Positions 45,968-55,481 of a stretch of DNA of 55,481 bases are shown one piece after another (within the stretch, counting starts at the first letter, position 1; each line of letters opens with the position of its first letter). Origin of the DNA: a virus. Its lineage: Duplodnaviria > Caudoviricetes. Made by a program: the position numbers and the translations under genes. The notes beneath the pieces are model-generated. The model did not search any database and had not been told where the DNA came from. It saw nothing but the letters and a program-made list of their open reading frames with translations. The stretch is taken from positions 1 to 55,481 of the IMG/VR virus record IMGVR_UViG_3300050014_000090; one strand, given 5' to 3'.

Positions 45968-46596
45968 ATCAGATCATTCGCTTCTATTGCATAGTTGTCG
46001 AGCAGGTCGACGGCCTGCGTCGGCACGGTATAATCGAAGTTCTCTCGGGACGCCCACCATTGCGCCACTGTGATTCGGATAGCGTGACGGATCGGTGCGG
46101 GAACATCGGTGAGTTTATCCCCGTATCCCGCGACGTATTGTATCTTATACCACCCGCGAATGTAGAACGGCCACCACGCATTGAAGTTGAGTCGGATCAT
46201 CGCGGGTTCCTGATCTATGTCGGCGTTGTAGATCGTCGGAGAGATCGTGTGAACACTGAGATCCTGCGCCGTCGCTGTGATCCCGGTGATCGTTTGGCAC
46301 GGCGGCCGCCATATCTTGATCGTCTCGGGGAGTTGCTCGTATGCGTATGTCGTGATCCCCGAGGTGACTTTTGGGATTATGACCGGCGTCAGTGTCAGCT
46401 CGAGCGTTTGTGTGATAAACGCCCGGCCGGTGAGTTGCTCGCACTTGCTCGTTGCCGCTGCGATCAGATCTTCAAGGAGCATTTGATCGCGGGCATTGTT
46501 TGGATTGTCGGGGTCGAGGTGAACCATGTTCATAGCGTCGGCCCTCTCGACCGGCCATCGTTCCGGCGGCGTGATAACCTTGAGTGTGTACTTCAT
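45964..46596 (-). CDS. Head-tail adaptor (phiE125 gp8-like)
   Basis: TPP..PV, LI.AA...E..TGRA.ITQT, Y.AGYG...VP..I..AI...A.W..RE. Confidence 0.85.
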   Translation of the reverse strand: MKYTLKVITPPERWPVERADAMNMVHLDPDNPNNARDQMLLEDLIAAATSKCEQLTGRAFITQTLELTLTPVIIPKVTSGITTYAYEQLPETIKIWRPPCQTITGITATAQDLSVHTISPTIYNADIDQEPAMIRLNFNAWWPFYIRGWYKIQYVAGYGDKLTDVPAPIRHAIRITVAQWWASRENFDYTVPTQAVDLLDNYAIEANDLI

Positions 46597-46955
46597 GGCG
46601 TGACCTCCTCGAGAATCCGCCCGGGTTCGACCTGCAAGTATCCCCACGCCTCGAGCGTTGTTGTCGTGACGGCCGCGACGGTGATCGTCATTTCTAATTG
46701 ATATGTGTAGGTGAGTGGCGGAATCGTCATCTCGTCGGCAGTGAACAGAACAGCTACTTGTCCATCTTCATCGCCTAATGCAAGACCGTCACCGATTGTT
46801 TTAGTAAGAACATCCCCTGTTACATTGTGATATGCAGTCCATTCAAATGACGCGGTTGTAATATCGCGGGGTGCGCCAGTTGTATCCGTTATCACGAACG
46901 GTATCGCGTCGTCAACGCCTTGATAAACTGTTTTGTTGATTGTCGCGAGCGTCAT
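46593..46955 (-). CDS. BppU-N-like small beta-sandwich protein
   Basis: QG.D....TD..G...DIT...Y.YQL. Confidence 0.6.
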   Translation of the reverse strand: MTLATINKTVYQGVDDAIPFVITDTTGAPRDITTASFEWTAYHNVTGDVLTKTIGDGLALGDEDGQVAVLFTADEMTIPPLTYTYQLEMTITVAAVTTTTLEAWGYLQVEPGRILEEVTP

Positions 46956-47461
46956 ACCTTACCCCACAATGCAGCAGGTGCTTTGAGTGTGGGTCGTTCA
47001 ACTCGAGGTAGGTTCGTCGTCGCGTTCCACGTCTCTGAGGGGTTTACCGTAAGCGATGCAGTGTTCCCGATAAGCGGATAGACCACCTTTTGCACCCCAT
47101 TAAGAATCACGCGCACTTCGTAGGTGTACGAACCAGCAACGAGTGTAGAGGCGTCAGCAGTGGTAATCGCGATAAGCGCCGCGCATTTAGTCGTTGTAAT
47201 AGACGCAATCGGGTTTGCGGCGATAGTGATGTCAGAAGCCAATAACGGAGTTGTACCGCCGGTGTCTTTCGTGAGTATTGGATTCGCACCAGAATACACA
47301 GTAAAAATAACCCTTGCCGTTCCGCTTGAAAGGCCCGCAGTTGCTGATGCGTATGTCTTCCCCCCATTCGTAAGGTCAACAGGTGCTCCGGCGTGCCGGT
47401 CGGTGACAATAATGCAATGCGTATAAGTCTCTCCTTGTCTAAAACTAAAATCGTTCGCCAT
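46952..47461 (-). CDS. BppU-N-like protein
   Basis: QGET...D...VDLT...L..G.Y.YEV. Confidence 0.6.
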   Translation of the reverse strand: MANDFSFRQGETYTHCIIVTDRHAGAPVDLTNGGKTYASATAGLSSGTARVIFTVYSGANPILTKDTGGTTPLLASDITIAANPIASITTTKCAALIAITTADASTLVAGSYTYEVRVILNGVQKVVYPLIGNTASLTVNPSETWNATTNLPRVERPTLKAPAALWGKV

Positions 47462-47881
47462 CTAAAACACTCCCTGCGCGATTGAATCAACGAGAGTGGT
47501 CGCTTCAGTCCCACACGATGTACTCGGATTAACGATAAGCGCCGCGCCATTGATAACAAGCTCCTGTGTGTTGTCGCTAAAGTACACCCGCAGTTCGTAG
47601 GGATATGTATTGGTTGTAGTCGTAGACCCGATACCGAAAGCAGTAGACGTATCATCGCTGGTGATGGTCATTAGAAGTTGCCCTGCTGCGGCGTTGGTAA
47701 TAACAATAGAATTATCCGTGAGGTGCTTCCGTAATATCACCCTGCCACTTGATGTTGCTACCCACACAATATTTGTTGCATCAGTCAAGTTAATGGGACT
47801 TGGTGGTGTTGCATCATCAGTAATCGTGATTGATTCGTACCGCGTATCTCCGGCGTTTATACTAATATCATCTGCGGCCAT
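47462..47881 (-). CDS. BppU-N-like protein
   Basis: GDT...ITD...INLT...A..G.....DT...Y.YEL. Confidence 0.6.
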   Translation of the reverse strand: MAADDISINAGDTRYESITITDDATPPSPINLTDATNIVWVATSSGRVILRKHLTDNSIVITNAAAGQLLMTITSDDTSTAFGIGSTTTTNTYPYELRVYFSDNTQELVINGAALIVNPSTSCGTEATTLVDSIAQGVF

Positions 47882-47882
47882 T

Positions 47883-48584
47883 TTAACTACTCCTTCTTTT
47901 TAACATTCTAGCGGCGGTGATTGTGTCCGTTTTTTTCATAGTTGCTTCAATCTGGGCCGTTGTATCCTTCTTTGCGGCTTGTATCGCACCTGTGAGGACT
48001 TCCGTCGCGGTTAATGGCTGTGTGTACAAATGGTGAACTACGTCGTACAACCAGATTACGTTCGCGCAGCCCTCTTGTTGCGTCGAGACAATCGCGTTCG
48101 TCCAAAGTTGTAACGGTGGAAATCCAAGAATCTGTGAACAGCCTACTGTTGAAACTGACTGAATTGAACTCGTTGCTAGTAGCCACAGTGCCGCTATAAT
48201 CTCCAGTTGTGAGCATCCAACAAGCGAAACTACCTGAGCAGGATTCGAGTCCAGAATCCATAATGCCGCTATTATCTCCAGCAACGAACAACCTGCGAAT
48301 GAAGCTGATGCGATTGGATTTGAGTTTAGGGTATGAAGAATTGATAAAACGTCTATCGAAGCATAATTCGCTTCCGACTCCCACGCCTGTGTGTATGCGT
48401 TCGCTGTCGTAAAGTCCCATGTCGTTAGGTGAGTTAGTTGATACGTTGGACTGCAACACGCTAACCCAGCGCTCATCGCAGGTTTGCTGTTGGTTGTCCA
48501 CAGCATCGTTAGCATCCGTGGGGATGAGCATACGCATGTTGATGCACTCTTCGCCGGGGGTGCCGTTACTGTCCACGTTGTCAT
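47883..48584 (-). CDS. Repeat-containing putative virion protein
   Basis: 25-aa GCS.LEIIAALW.L.S repeats. Confidence 0.55.
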   Translation of the reverse strand: MTTWTVTAPPAKSASTCVCSSPRMLTMLWTTNSKPAMSAGLACCSPTYQLTHLTTWDFTTANAYTQAWESEANYASIDVLSILHTLNSNPIASASFAGCSLLEIIAALWILDSNPAQVVSLVGCSQLEIIAALWLLATSSIQSVSTVGCSQILGFPPLQLWTNAIVSTQQEGCANVIWLYDVVHHLYTQPLTATEVLTGAIQAAKKDTTAQIEATMKKTDTITAARMLKRRSS

Positions 48585-48601
48585 TCATTTCTGCCTTACG
48601 C

Positions 48602-49471
48602 TTAAGCTAGTAACCGCATAAACATTCCAACAGCCGTTCCAAGGTTAACCTGCACCTTATCGCCGCTTGCGTTGTTTGCCTGTAGTATCTTTGTGCCACT
48701 TGCATATGCGTGAGCTGTTGCGTTGGTAAGGGTGATTGATACGCCTGCGCTGATTGAACTGATAGTGTTTGCTTCCCAGTTCGAACCGTCACCGACATAA
48801 ACCTGCCCGCCAATGTTTCCAGCGCCCGCCCCCGCTGCGTAGGTGACGAATCCTGTGGTGCTTGCGACGGCTATTGCGGTAGTTTGCCCGTTTGAGATTG
48901 TCCCGGATGAAGTAGTGTTTATCGAACCGCCGCACAGGTCGAGATACCCAAGTAGAGGCCAATATTTAGGACTGGTTATTCCTGCGGTTTTCTTGTAGAT
49001 AACCACACCTTGCAGACCAGTGTATGTCATGTTCGTAGCGTAGAAGCCGTTTGTAGTTGCACCTGCTAGTGGGGGGTTTTCCATTCCGGTTGTGTTGGTG
49101 CTTGCGAACAGCTCTGAATACGCTGCTGGTGAATACGTGGTGGTGTCAAGATACGGGGCGATTGTCGTGAGTGCCACCCCGTCTGCGGCGTATCCTGTGC
49201 CGGTAAAGTTTGTTTGGCTTGCTATATCGAACTGACTTATCTGACTCCAGTATTTACCCATTGAGCTGGTGTTTGCTTTATCCTGCGTGAAAAACGTTGG
49301 GAGTGTTGTGCCAAGCGGTGAATATGGGCCAACCAACGCGGCGTATATTGGGTCGTTCAACCAGTCTATCTTTGCGTCTGACGTTCCTGCAACTGTGGGT
49401 TGGGCAGATGCGCCGTCGAGTAGTGTGCCACCGTAGTAATACAGGTGGCCTTGAATCGGTGTTAAGGTCAT
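48602..49471 (-). CDS. Putative virion protein, paralog of 234..710 with an inserted module
   Basis: IDWLND, GTGY..G, PLLGYLD. Confidence 0.65.
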   Translation of the reverse strand: MTLTPIQGHLYYYGGTLLDGASAQPTVAGTSDAKIDWLNDPIYAALVGPYSPLGTTLPTFFTQDKANTSSMGKYWSQISQFDIASQTNFTGTGYAADGVALTTIAPYLDTTTYSPAAYSELFASTNTTGMENPPLAGATTNGFYATNMTYTGLQGVVIYKKTAGITSPKYWPLLGYLDLCGGSINTTSSGTISNGQTTAIAVASTTGFVTYAAGAGAGNIGGQVYVGDGSNWEANTISSISAGVSITLTNATAHAYASGTKILQANNASGDKVQVNLGTAVGMFMRLLA

Positions 49472-49607
49472 TTTTCTTAAACTCCTTCTTAAACGTTCCA
49501 GCCTATTGGCACGGTTATTGATTGGTTTGTTTCGAGGGTTGCAGTTAAGTATTCAGTCTCACCTGCTGGCGGTTCCCAACACGGATTTATGTTCAATAAC
49601 TCCCACG

Positions 49608-50777
49608 TCATACGCTCGTCCCCGTAGCATCAACCCAATTAGTGCCGTTCCACCAAATCGGTTTGTTGAGTGTTGTATCGTAGAATTGCTGTAACATCCC
49701 CGGATTCACTGGTCGGTTTGACGTGATTCCCGTGCGCGACGCAAGTCCTTCATACGTAGTGAACTTGTGGCCATAACCGGGTGCCCAGAATGGAAGTTCC
49801 GTAAGCCCTACACCCGCTTTTACTGCTGAATAGGTTATAGTCCCCCCCATGTAACCGGGATTGGTTTCAGTCGCACCAGCGACACGTGAGTACCAACCGG
49901 CTAATTTAAATTCTATATCATAACCTATAAGGTCAATCAACGCGCCGTTATCCCCTGCGAATACGGGGCCATTCGGACACCACTGCTCACCACAGTTAAG
50001 AATCGAGTTGGTGTGCATGCCGTTCCCAGCATTAAAAATATAGGGGTATGTACATTCGATGCCAAAACAACCAATCCCGATGAAGTGTTCCCCTTGCAGC
50101 GCCATCCCATACTGAAACCCATATGCCACACAGTTTAGTAAAACGATTGGCCCTATTTTGCCACCCCACGGTAACTTAATCCCATATGTACCTAAAGGTG
50201 GGGCACCTGCATTACCGTCATACATAGCACGCACGCTATCAAGCTGCGCCCCAGTAACATATTCCAAATCAATCGCAGATTTATTAATCGTTTGACTCGG
50301 GACTGTCACGTATAGATTTTTAAGTTGTACACTCTGGCCCGGAAAACTAGCCATAGGCATCTCTCCGTACGGTGTTCCGATAGTGTTGCACACATCGGTT
50401 GCGTGACCTGTGTATGCGCTAGGGTTTGTTTTAAACCATACACCCCCCGACGGTGCATATGCTGAATAAGCGGTAGACCATGGGAGGTTTTCACCCTCTA
50501 ACGTAATACTACAATAGTCTGCGTAACGATTGATGTAAATCCCGTTGTACTGCGTGCCTACGTCGTTCACCGTCAATGTGTCGATATTGTATGTGCCGTC
50601 AAGGAAAAGAATCCGACCCCCCGTTGATGGGAGGTCAACTATAACGTCGTTAATTAAGTACTGGTCATCGGTTCCGGTGCATATCAAATCAGCGGCGTTG
50701 TTGCGTACAGTGTTTTCGGCGGCGATTATCGTTGTACTGCTGTTTCTACAACTGGTTCTCCACGGGATTGTTGTCAT
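49608..50777 (-). CDS. Pectin-lyase-like fibre/spike protein
   Basis: C.GTDDQ..IN..I..L...GG.I.F..GTY; C-terminal FYDTTLNKPIWWNG.NWVDATG. Confidence 0.75.
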   Translation of the reverse strand: MTTIPWRTSCRNSSTTIIAAENTVRNNAADLICTGTDDQYLINDVIVDLPSTGGRILFLDGTYNIDTLTVNDVGTQYNGIYINRYADYCSITLEGENLPWSTAYSAYAPSGGVWFKTNPSAYTGHATDVCNTIGTPYGEMPMASFPGQSVQLKNLYVTVPSQTINKSAIDLEYVTGAQLDSVRAMYDGNAGAPPLGTYGIKLPWGGKIGPIVLLNCVAYGFQYGMALQGEHFIGIGCFGIECTYPYIFNAGNGMHTNSILNCGEQWCPNGPVFAGDNGALIDLIGYDIEFKLAGWYSRVAGATETNPGYMGGTITYSAVKAGVGLTELPFWAPGYGHKFTTYEGLASRTGITSNRPVNPGMLQQFYDTTLNKPIWWNGTNWVDATGTSV

Positions 50778-50786
50778 CTTATCCTC

Positions 50787-52175
50787 TTACTGTGGGAAGT
50801 ACTGGAGCCTTGCACCAATAGGGTAGTACGCCGAGTAGTAAGTCGCAGTGGATGCCACGTTCCCTATAGCAAAGAGTCCACAGCCTGTCCCCAACGCCGG
50901 TGCGTTCCCTACAATAAAAATTTCGTTTGTACCTATAGCAGCTAAATCTGAGGCATCTGGGAAGTAGGTGGAGACAGAACCTCCTTCTGCGCTTGGAAGA
51001 AACGCCCAAGAAAGTGCGCCTGTTGTATACACGTTTGTTGGAAGACTGGCGCCCGCAGGAAGTATAGAGCCTGTGTTTATATATGGTGTGCTAGGGGCGC
51101 CAGAATCAGAATATGTCAGTGCGTTCGTCTGCGGTGCGATCCAGTAGTTACCGCTCGTGTCGCACCGCAGACCTTCGACAAACTTCCAGATGTTCGCATA
51201 TACGTTTTCAACACCCCTGTAGCTCATCGCTGCCGTGGTGACGCTTGTTGAACCGTAAGAAGCATTGCCGCTTGGTGCCGTTCCTGCGGTTGCGGTGTAC
51301 CCCGTGTTTATTAATGAACCTGTTGAGACTCCGTTTCCTAATGTGGTCTGTGAGTTTAAGCTTGCGTATTCTATAGTTTCAAGGGACTGAAGCGCAGCGT
51401 ACATTTGGATAGTCATAAGTTCCCATCCTGCGCCTCGTAATTCCGCAGCAGTCCTGTGTGTTGCCTTTGTTTGTACTGTTGTTGGGGTGACGCCCGCTAT
51501 TGATTGAAGTTTACTACTGCTTATGTACCCTTCATAAGCACCGACTAACGCATACGGTTTAGCAACACCATCTACTATGAACGCGGGGTGTAGGTCTGCG
51601 GCTGTGATTGTGTGAGTGTTTGGATTTAAGTTTGTATTTTGAAGCGGTATTGAATCACCTAAAGCGTTGCTAATCCACCGTGCGGTTGTGTATTCGGTTA
51701 CGGTGGCGCCGGAAGCGTACGTATGCGCTAGGTTTGCACCTAATGTAATAGATGCGGGGCTGCTTCCTACTGAACTGATGATACCATAGTCGATGTTCGT
51801 TCCGTCAGTGATAAAAACCACGGGATGCGCTGTCGCCGTAAATCCAGTCGTGCTGGTAAGGTCAATAACTGCCTGACCACTACTCGCCTGTGCGTTTGAG
51901 GTGGCAGTTGCGGTGTACCCGGTCGTATCGGTGTATTGATAAAATGCGGGAACCCGCACCATAACTTGCCCGTTCGAGCCGTAGTCATCATAACCACAGC
52001 CCCCCGCGCTAGAGGTACACCACGCAACCGGAATACCCTGGTCATTGACGTTGCACCGCTGCATACCACCCCACGGTTGAACTGTCGTGCCTACCGTTAG
52101 ATTAGAACCGCCGGTATTAAGCCGCGTGAGTGTTGGCGATGATGTGCCAGTCCATAGTGCGCCGTATGCTGTCAT
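50787..52175 (-). CDS. C-type-lectin-like (FGE/Mtd-like) receptor-binding protein
   Basis: GQVMV.VP.FY, HPAF, GAYEG, YRG.EN.Y.N.W..V.G, GARL. Confidence 0.7.
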   Translation of the reverse strand: MTAYGALWTGTSSPTLTRLNTGGSNLTVGTTVQPWGGMQRCNVNDQGIPVAWCTSSAGGCGYDDYGSNGQVMVRVPAFYQYTDTTGYTATATSNAQASSGQAVIDLTSTTGFTATAHPVVFITDGTNIDYGIISSVGSSPASITLGANLAHTYASGATVTEYTTARWISNALGDSIPLQNTNLNPNTHTITAADLHPAFIVDGVAKPYALVGAYEGYISSSKLQSIAGVTPTTVQTKATHRTAAELRGAGWELMTIQMYAALQSLETIEYASLNSQTTLGNGVSTGSLINTGYTATAGTAPSGNASYGSTSVTTAAMSYRGVENVYANIWKFVEGLRCDTSGNYWIAPQTNALTYSDSGAPSTPYINTGSILPAGASLPTNVYTTGALSWAFLPSAEGGSVSTYFPDASDLAAIGTNEIFIVGNAPALGTGCGLFAIGNVASTATYYSAYYPIGARLQYFPQ

Positions 52176-52183
52176 TTATTCTC

Positions 52184-52924
52184 CTAAGCCGATTGAATAT
52201 AATATAGCTTGTCGCCTGCGTAGCCAAATTGGTAATAGAGGTTGTGCAGGTCATTTATTGCGACGTCTGTTGACTGACCGGGGTACAGTGGGAACGCAGG
52301 GGTAGAACCACCTATACGGACGCCTGCTGCATTGTTGCCTGTATCGGCTACGATTTTCACGCGAGACCCACAGGGTGTTGCGCTGGCTGCGAAACGGTGT
52401 GCATTTGTGTCGGCTTCGGTGATTGATCCTGATACTGGTGCTGTGGGTGCTATCGTTTGAACCGATACTACGTTGCTTGTGATACATCCGCCAAGAACGG
52501 AGTCTCTGACTGCTAGGTAATGAACGGCTTGGTCTTCAACTGCGGTGAGGACTGCGTTTGTAACCGCTCCGTTGAATTGCGTCTGTGGCAGGTTGCCGAT
52601 TGCCGTTACGACGTCAGAGAATGTCTTTGAGTTCGTCCCGATTAATGCGGTTGCGAGCGTTGAATCCGTTGGAACTGATGATACTGAGATTGACCCTTGT
52701 ATCTTAAACCCTGATCCCGACGTTGCGAGCGTGTAAAGGTCTGCGATTGTATGTGCCGACGCGACCGGCCCGACAATTCCCGCGAGTAGTGCGACGAGGC
52801 CCGGATCTGCAGCCCCAAGTGCGACCTCTCCGATGGCGACCTGCAAACTGCCGCCGATTAAATTGACCGGGACTCCTTGAACGTTTGGATCATAGCCGTC
52901 CTGTCCCGGCGTTGGTGTTGGCAT
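52184..52924 (-). CDS. Putative virion protein
   Basis: C-terminal beta domain I.A...N...V.IG...L.PG; GGAG RBS. Confidence 0.6.
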   Translation of the reverse strand: MPTPTPGQDGYDPNVQGVPVNLIGGSLQVAIGEVALGAADPGLVALLAGIVGPVASAHTIADLYTLATSGSGFKIQGSISVSSVPTDSTLATALIGTNSKTFSDVVTAIGNLPQTQFNGAVTNAVLTAVEDQAVHYLAVRDSVLGGCITSNVVSVQTIAPTAPVSGSITEADTNAHRFAASATPCGSRVKIVADTGNNAAGVRIGGSTPAFPLYPGQSTDVAINDLHNLYYQFGYAGDKLYYIQSA

Positions 52925-52944
52925 ATTATTTTTCCTCCTAAGTC

Positions 52945-53310
52945 TCAGGTTTGTGACGGCATTATGAACATCCGCCCTCGAATTCCGATGTATTGATTGC
53001 TCGACAGTGTGAGCCGCGCTTCGTGATCATAGATTATTGCCACGCCGTATGTCTTCGTATCCGGTAACGGCGTATCGGTCGGTAAGAATGCAATCGTGAA
53101 GTAACTGATCACGTCGTCGAGATCGGGCGTTCCGAGTGTGATCCCGGCCCCGACAGTCTTCGGCCCGATCAGGACGTCGCCGTTGAATGTAGCGTTCCAT
53201 GTTATGCTGCATCCGGTGATGTCCCGTTTAACTCCGGTCGGCGTGATCAAATTCACGTTGACCAATAGCGAGGCCCGTTCGTCGATGTTAATATCCACAG
53301 TGTTCGTCAT
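52945..53310 (-). CDS. BppU-N-like protein
   Basis: DITG..I.W...K....GIT...P.DT. Confidence 0.55.
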   Translation of the reverse strand: MTNTVDINIDERASLLVNVNLITPTGVKRDITGCSITWNATFNGDVLIGPKTVGAGITLGTPDLDDVISYFTIAFLPTDTPLPDTKTYGVAIIYDHEARLTLSSNQYIGIRGRMFIMPSQT

Positions 53311-55481
53311 TCAGTAACGACCTCCAATTCAAGATCGATCTCGTCAGTCACCACGGCGACAAGGTCGATCGTATCGGTGAGTGTCGACGTGACATCGAGT
53401 TCCTCGTCAAGCGTTACCGTGTAATAATCAATCTCTTGGAACGCGATCTTGGCATACGGATCAATCGCTGCGATCTCCATCGCCGGAACGACGTCCGTTG
53501 TCACGGTCTCAGATTCCTCAATACCTGTATAGTTCTGCGTCTCGATAATGCAGTCTCCGACGACCTCAGTGGTGACTTGTGTGCTGAGTTGACTGACGAT
53601 CAGCGGTCGCGCCCTGAGTTCGCTGCCTGTCGCAACGGCCGGGAAGCAGAACTCCCACATGTGCTCAACGTCGGGATAGACAATGACCGTCGCAATCTCC
53701 ATTCCAACGACTGTCGTCGTAATCGTATAACCGATTTGTATCGTCGGGTTTAGCCCTGCCGTGGCTATCATCGCAGGCACGACCGGCGGATTCGCATAAA
53801 TATACTGTAAGAATGTTGGCGTCGGCACATCCGTCACCATCGCGGGGACGACCGTTGTCGTGACGACGATTATTGCCACGATAGTCACCGTCGGACTTGA
53901 GCAGGCCGCTTGCGTGGTTGTTCCTGCATACGTCGTATAATACGTGAGCGTCCCTGCGAGCGCCGTAACAGAGAACGAATAGTTCCCGTTGCTGTCCGAC
54001 GTAGTTGTCGGCCCCGTTGACAGTGTGACCGTCGCGGAGAACCCTGCGCTTGTCGTCGTGTCTTCGAGCACGCCTGACAAGGTGAAGATGTCCCCGACGT
54101 TTGGCGTTGTTGTCGATGCGATGCAAGTGAGCGATGACGTATCCTGATCTTCCTCGCCGGTGACCATTATCTCATCATCGCAGCCGAGATAGTTCCCGGT
54201 CGCGGTGAAACTCACGTCGTAATAGGTATCGCCTGCGACTGCTGACTGGATGATGAAGGAATAAACGCCATTCGAATCGGTCGTCGCCGTGTCAACGTAT
54301 GATCCGTTGGCCGATAAGTCGATCGACTTGCCTGTGAGTTTGCTGCTGCCGGATGTTAGCGTGCCATAAATATTGAACGACGCCCCGACCGTCGGATTGG
54401 TCGTACTCGCATATTCAGTGATCGCCGTTGAGACTGCCTGTCCTACTGCGTGCCAAACGGAGCCGGAACTGTCGCATGAATGATGCCCTGAGTCACCTTC
54501 AAATGCAACATACTCCCATTCGCCCGGCGCGGCCTCGCCGGTTTGTGTGTAAGAATAATTGCCGTTGCTGTCGGTCGTGCAATAACCATACGCGACGTGC
54601 CCTGTCGCAAAGCCATCATTTGACCACCAAACGTCGATCGACTTGCCTGCGAGTTTAACGCCGCCAGTTGTTTGAAGCGTTCCGGTCACTGTGTAGTTCT
54701 GTCCGATATTCGGCGTCGTCGTGCTCGGCGTGCAAGAGATCGTTGTCGCAACGGCAGGATTCCAACGGGCGGAGTCCGTTGACCAATCCGAATACGTCGC
54801 CCAATTCGGAGCCTCATTATAAAACTCGCGGTATATGATCACGCCCATGTTGCAGTTGTAGTTAGAACATCCTGAGCTGCAATTTGCGATAACGGAATTC
54901 GCCCCGGTCGCATCGTTATACCACGATGTATCAGAACTTGTATGCGTCACCGTGACGTTTGTTTTAGTCGGAGCGACCGGAGTACCTTTGTTCGGTGTCT
55001 GCCCGACGTAGATACTCACGTTATTGGCAGCGACCGATCGTGGATTTGCCGGGATGTTGACGGCTACTTGAACATATAGCGTCGTGCCTGGCGAGACTGT
55101 CCGGTCCGATGTCCACATAACATAGTTTCCCGACGTCGCAGATGCACGCATAAAACTGATCTGGTTGTTTTGGATCTGAATCGAAAAGCCACCCCACGCC
55201 TTGTCGAAGATCTTGGAGATTGAGCCGTTGACACCCATCCCCTGATACCAAAAACCGATCTCCCACGCATGCAGGAACGCGCCAGTTCCTGCGTCGGTGT
55301 AGGTGCCCCTGTTGATTGAGATGCCGTCACTGCCTAGATTGAAAAGGCCATACCATGGATACGGTGCGCCGTTGGCGTTGGTCGCATTCCACAGGAGCCG
55401 ACTCGCCGTTCCATTGTACGCTGAGTATCCGACCTGATTCGTGATAGTCTTTGAATCCTGTGCAAATGTGAAGATGATTGT
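53307..55481 (-). CDS. 3' part of junction-spanning adhesin: LamG-like domain, three Ig-like repeats, Thr/Val-rich acidic tail
   Basis: Three ST..P.VG..F...G.L...TTDSNG.YS repeats; frame open to window end. Confidence 0.8.
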   Translation of the reverse strand, partial: TIIFTFAQDSKTITNQVGYSAYNGTASRLLWNATNANGAPYPWYGLFNLGSDGISINRGTYTDAGTGAFLHAWEIGFWYQGMGVNGSISKIFDKAWGGFSIQIQNNQISFMRASATSGNYVMWTSDRTVSPGTTLYVQVAVNIPANPRSVAANNVSIYVGQTPNKGTPVAPTKTNVTVTHTSSDTSWYNDATGANSVIANCSSGCSNYNCNMGVIIYREFYNEAPNWATYSDWSTDSARWNPAVATTISCTPSTTTPNIGQNYTVTGTLQTTGGVKLAGKSIDVWWSNDGFATGHVAYGYCTTDSNGNYSYTQTGEAAPGEWEYVAFEGDSGHHSCDSSGSVWHAVGQAVSTAITEYASTTNPTVGASFNIYGTLTSGSSKLTGKSIDLSANGSYVDTATTDSNGVYSFIIQSAVAGDTYYDVSFTATGNYLGCDDEIMVTGEEDQDTSSLTCIASTTTPNVGDIFTLSGVLEDTTTSAGFSATVTLSTGPTTTSDSNGNYSFSVTALAGTLTYYTTYAGTTTQAACSSPTVTIVAIIVVTTTVVPAMVTDVPTPTFLQYIYANPPVVPAMIATAGLNPTIQIGYTITTTVVGMEIATVIVYPDVEHMWEFCFPAVATGSELRARPLIVSQLSTQVTTEVVGDCIIETQNYTGIEESETVTTDVVPAMEIAAIDPYAKIAFQEIDYYTVTLDEELDVTSTLTDTIDLVAVVTDEIDLELEVVTE
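55305..55481. repeat. Terminal direct repeat, copy 2
   Basis: Matches 1-177 with one mismatch; implies a 55,304-bp circle. Confidence 0.95.

Noticed and set aside
47947-48588. 213-aa alternative-frame ORF
   Set aside because: The 47883..48584 frame shows clearer protein-level repeats and abuts the next gene; not fully excluded
50787-52175. Diversity-generating retroelement targeting the lectin-like protein
   Set aside because: No reverse transcriptase and no second copy of the 3' region seen in the genome
996-54658. Plus-strand ORFs in the track
   Set aside because: Nearly all are antisense to well-supported minus-strand genes and show no recognisable motifs
1-55481. Alternative genetic code
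   Set aside because: Hallmark genes are full length in the standard code and TAA, TAG and TGA all end genes

Overview
This window is an apparently complete, circularly permuted ~55.3-kb genome of a tailed (siphovirus-like, HK97-fold) virus. Bases 1-177 repeat at 55305-55481 with one mismatch, and one gene runs across that junction. Essentially all credible genes are on the minus strand. It encodes portal, prohead protease, major capsid protein, head-tail connectors, tail tube, frameshifted tail chaperones, tape measure, distal tail/hub and many adhesin-like proteins. An archaeal host, probably Halobacteriota or a methanogen, is inferred from a histone-fold gene, an archaeal-type Holliday junction resolvase, a lipobox/Ig surface protein, many RHH-like regulators, GAGGTGA ribosome-binding sites and TATA-like promoters. 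Most notable: (1) a viral short-alpha3 histone lacking usual DNA-contact residues; (2) candidate small RNAs built as TATA-hairpin-anti-Shine-Dalgarno tail, one complementary to the RBS of an adjacent 40-aa membrane peptide; (3) a large terminase split into separate ATPase and nuclease genes 1.2 kb apart; (4) an unannotated hydrolase-like domain in two copies, the tail copy having lost three Glu residues; (5) a start-less tyrosine recombinase beginning at a palindrome; (6) one ~70-aa module inserted into four unrelated virion proteins; (7) a VIT1/CCC1 plus DUF1003 cassette; (8) no recognisable replication genes. All family calls come from motif recognition by eye, with no database searches.
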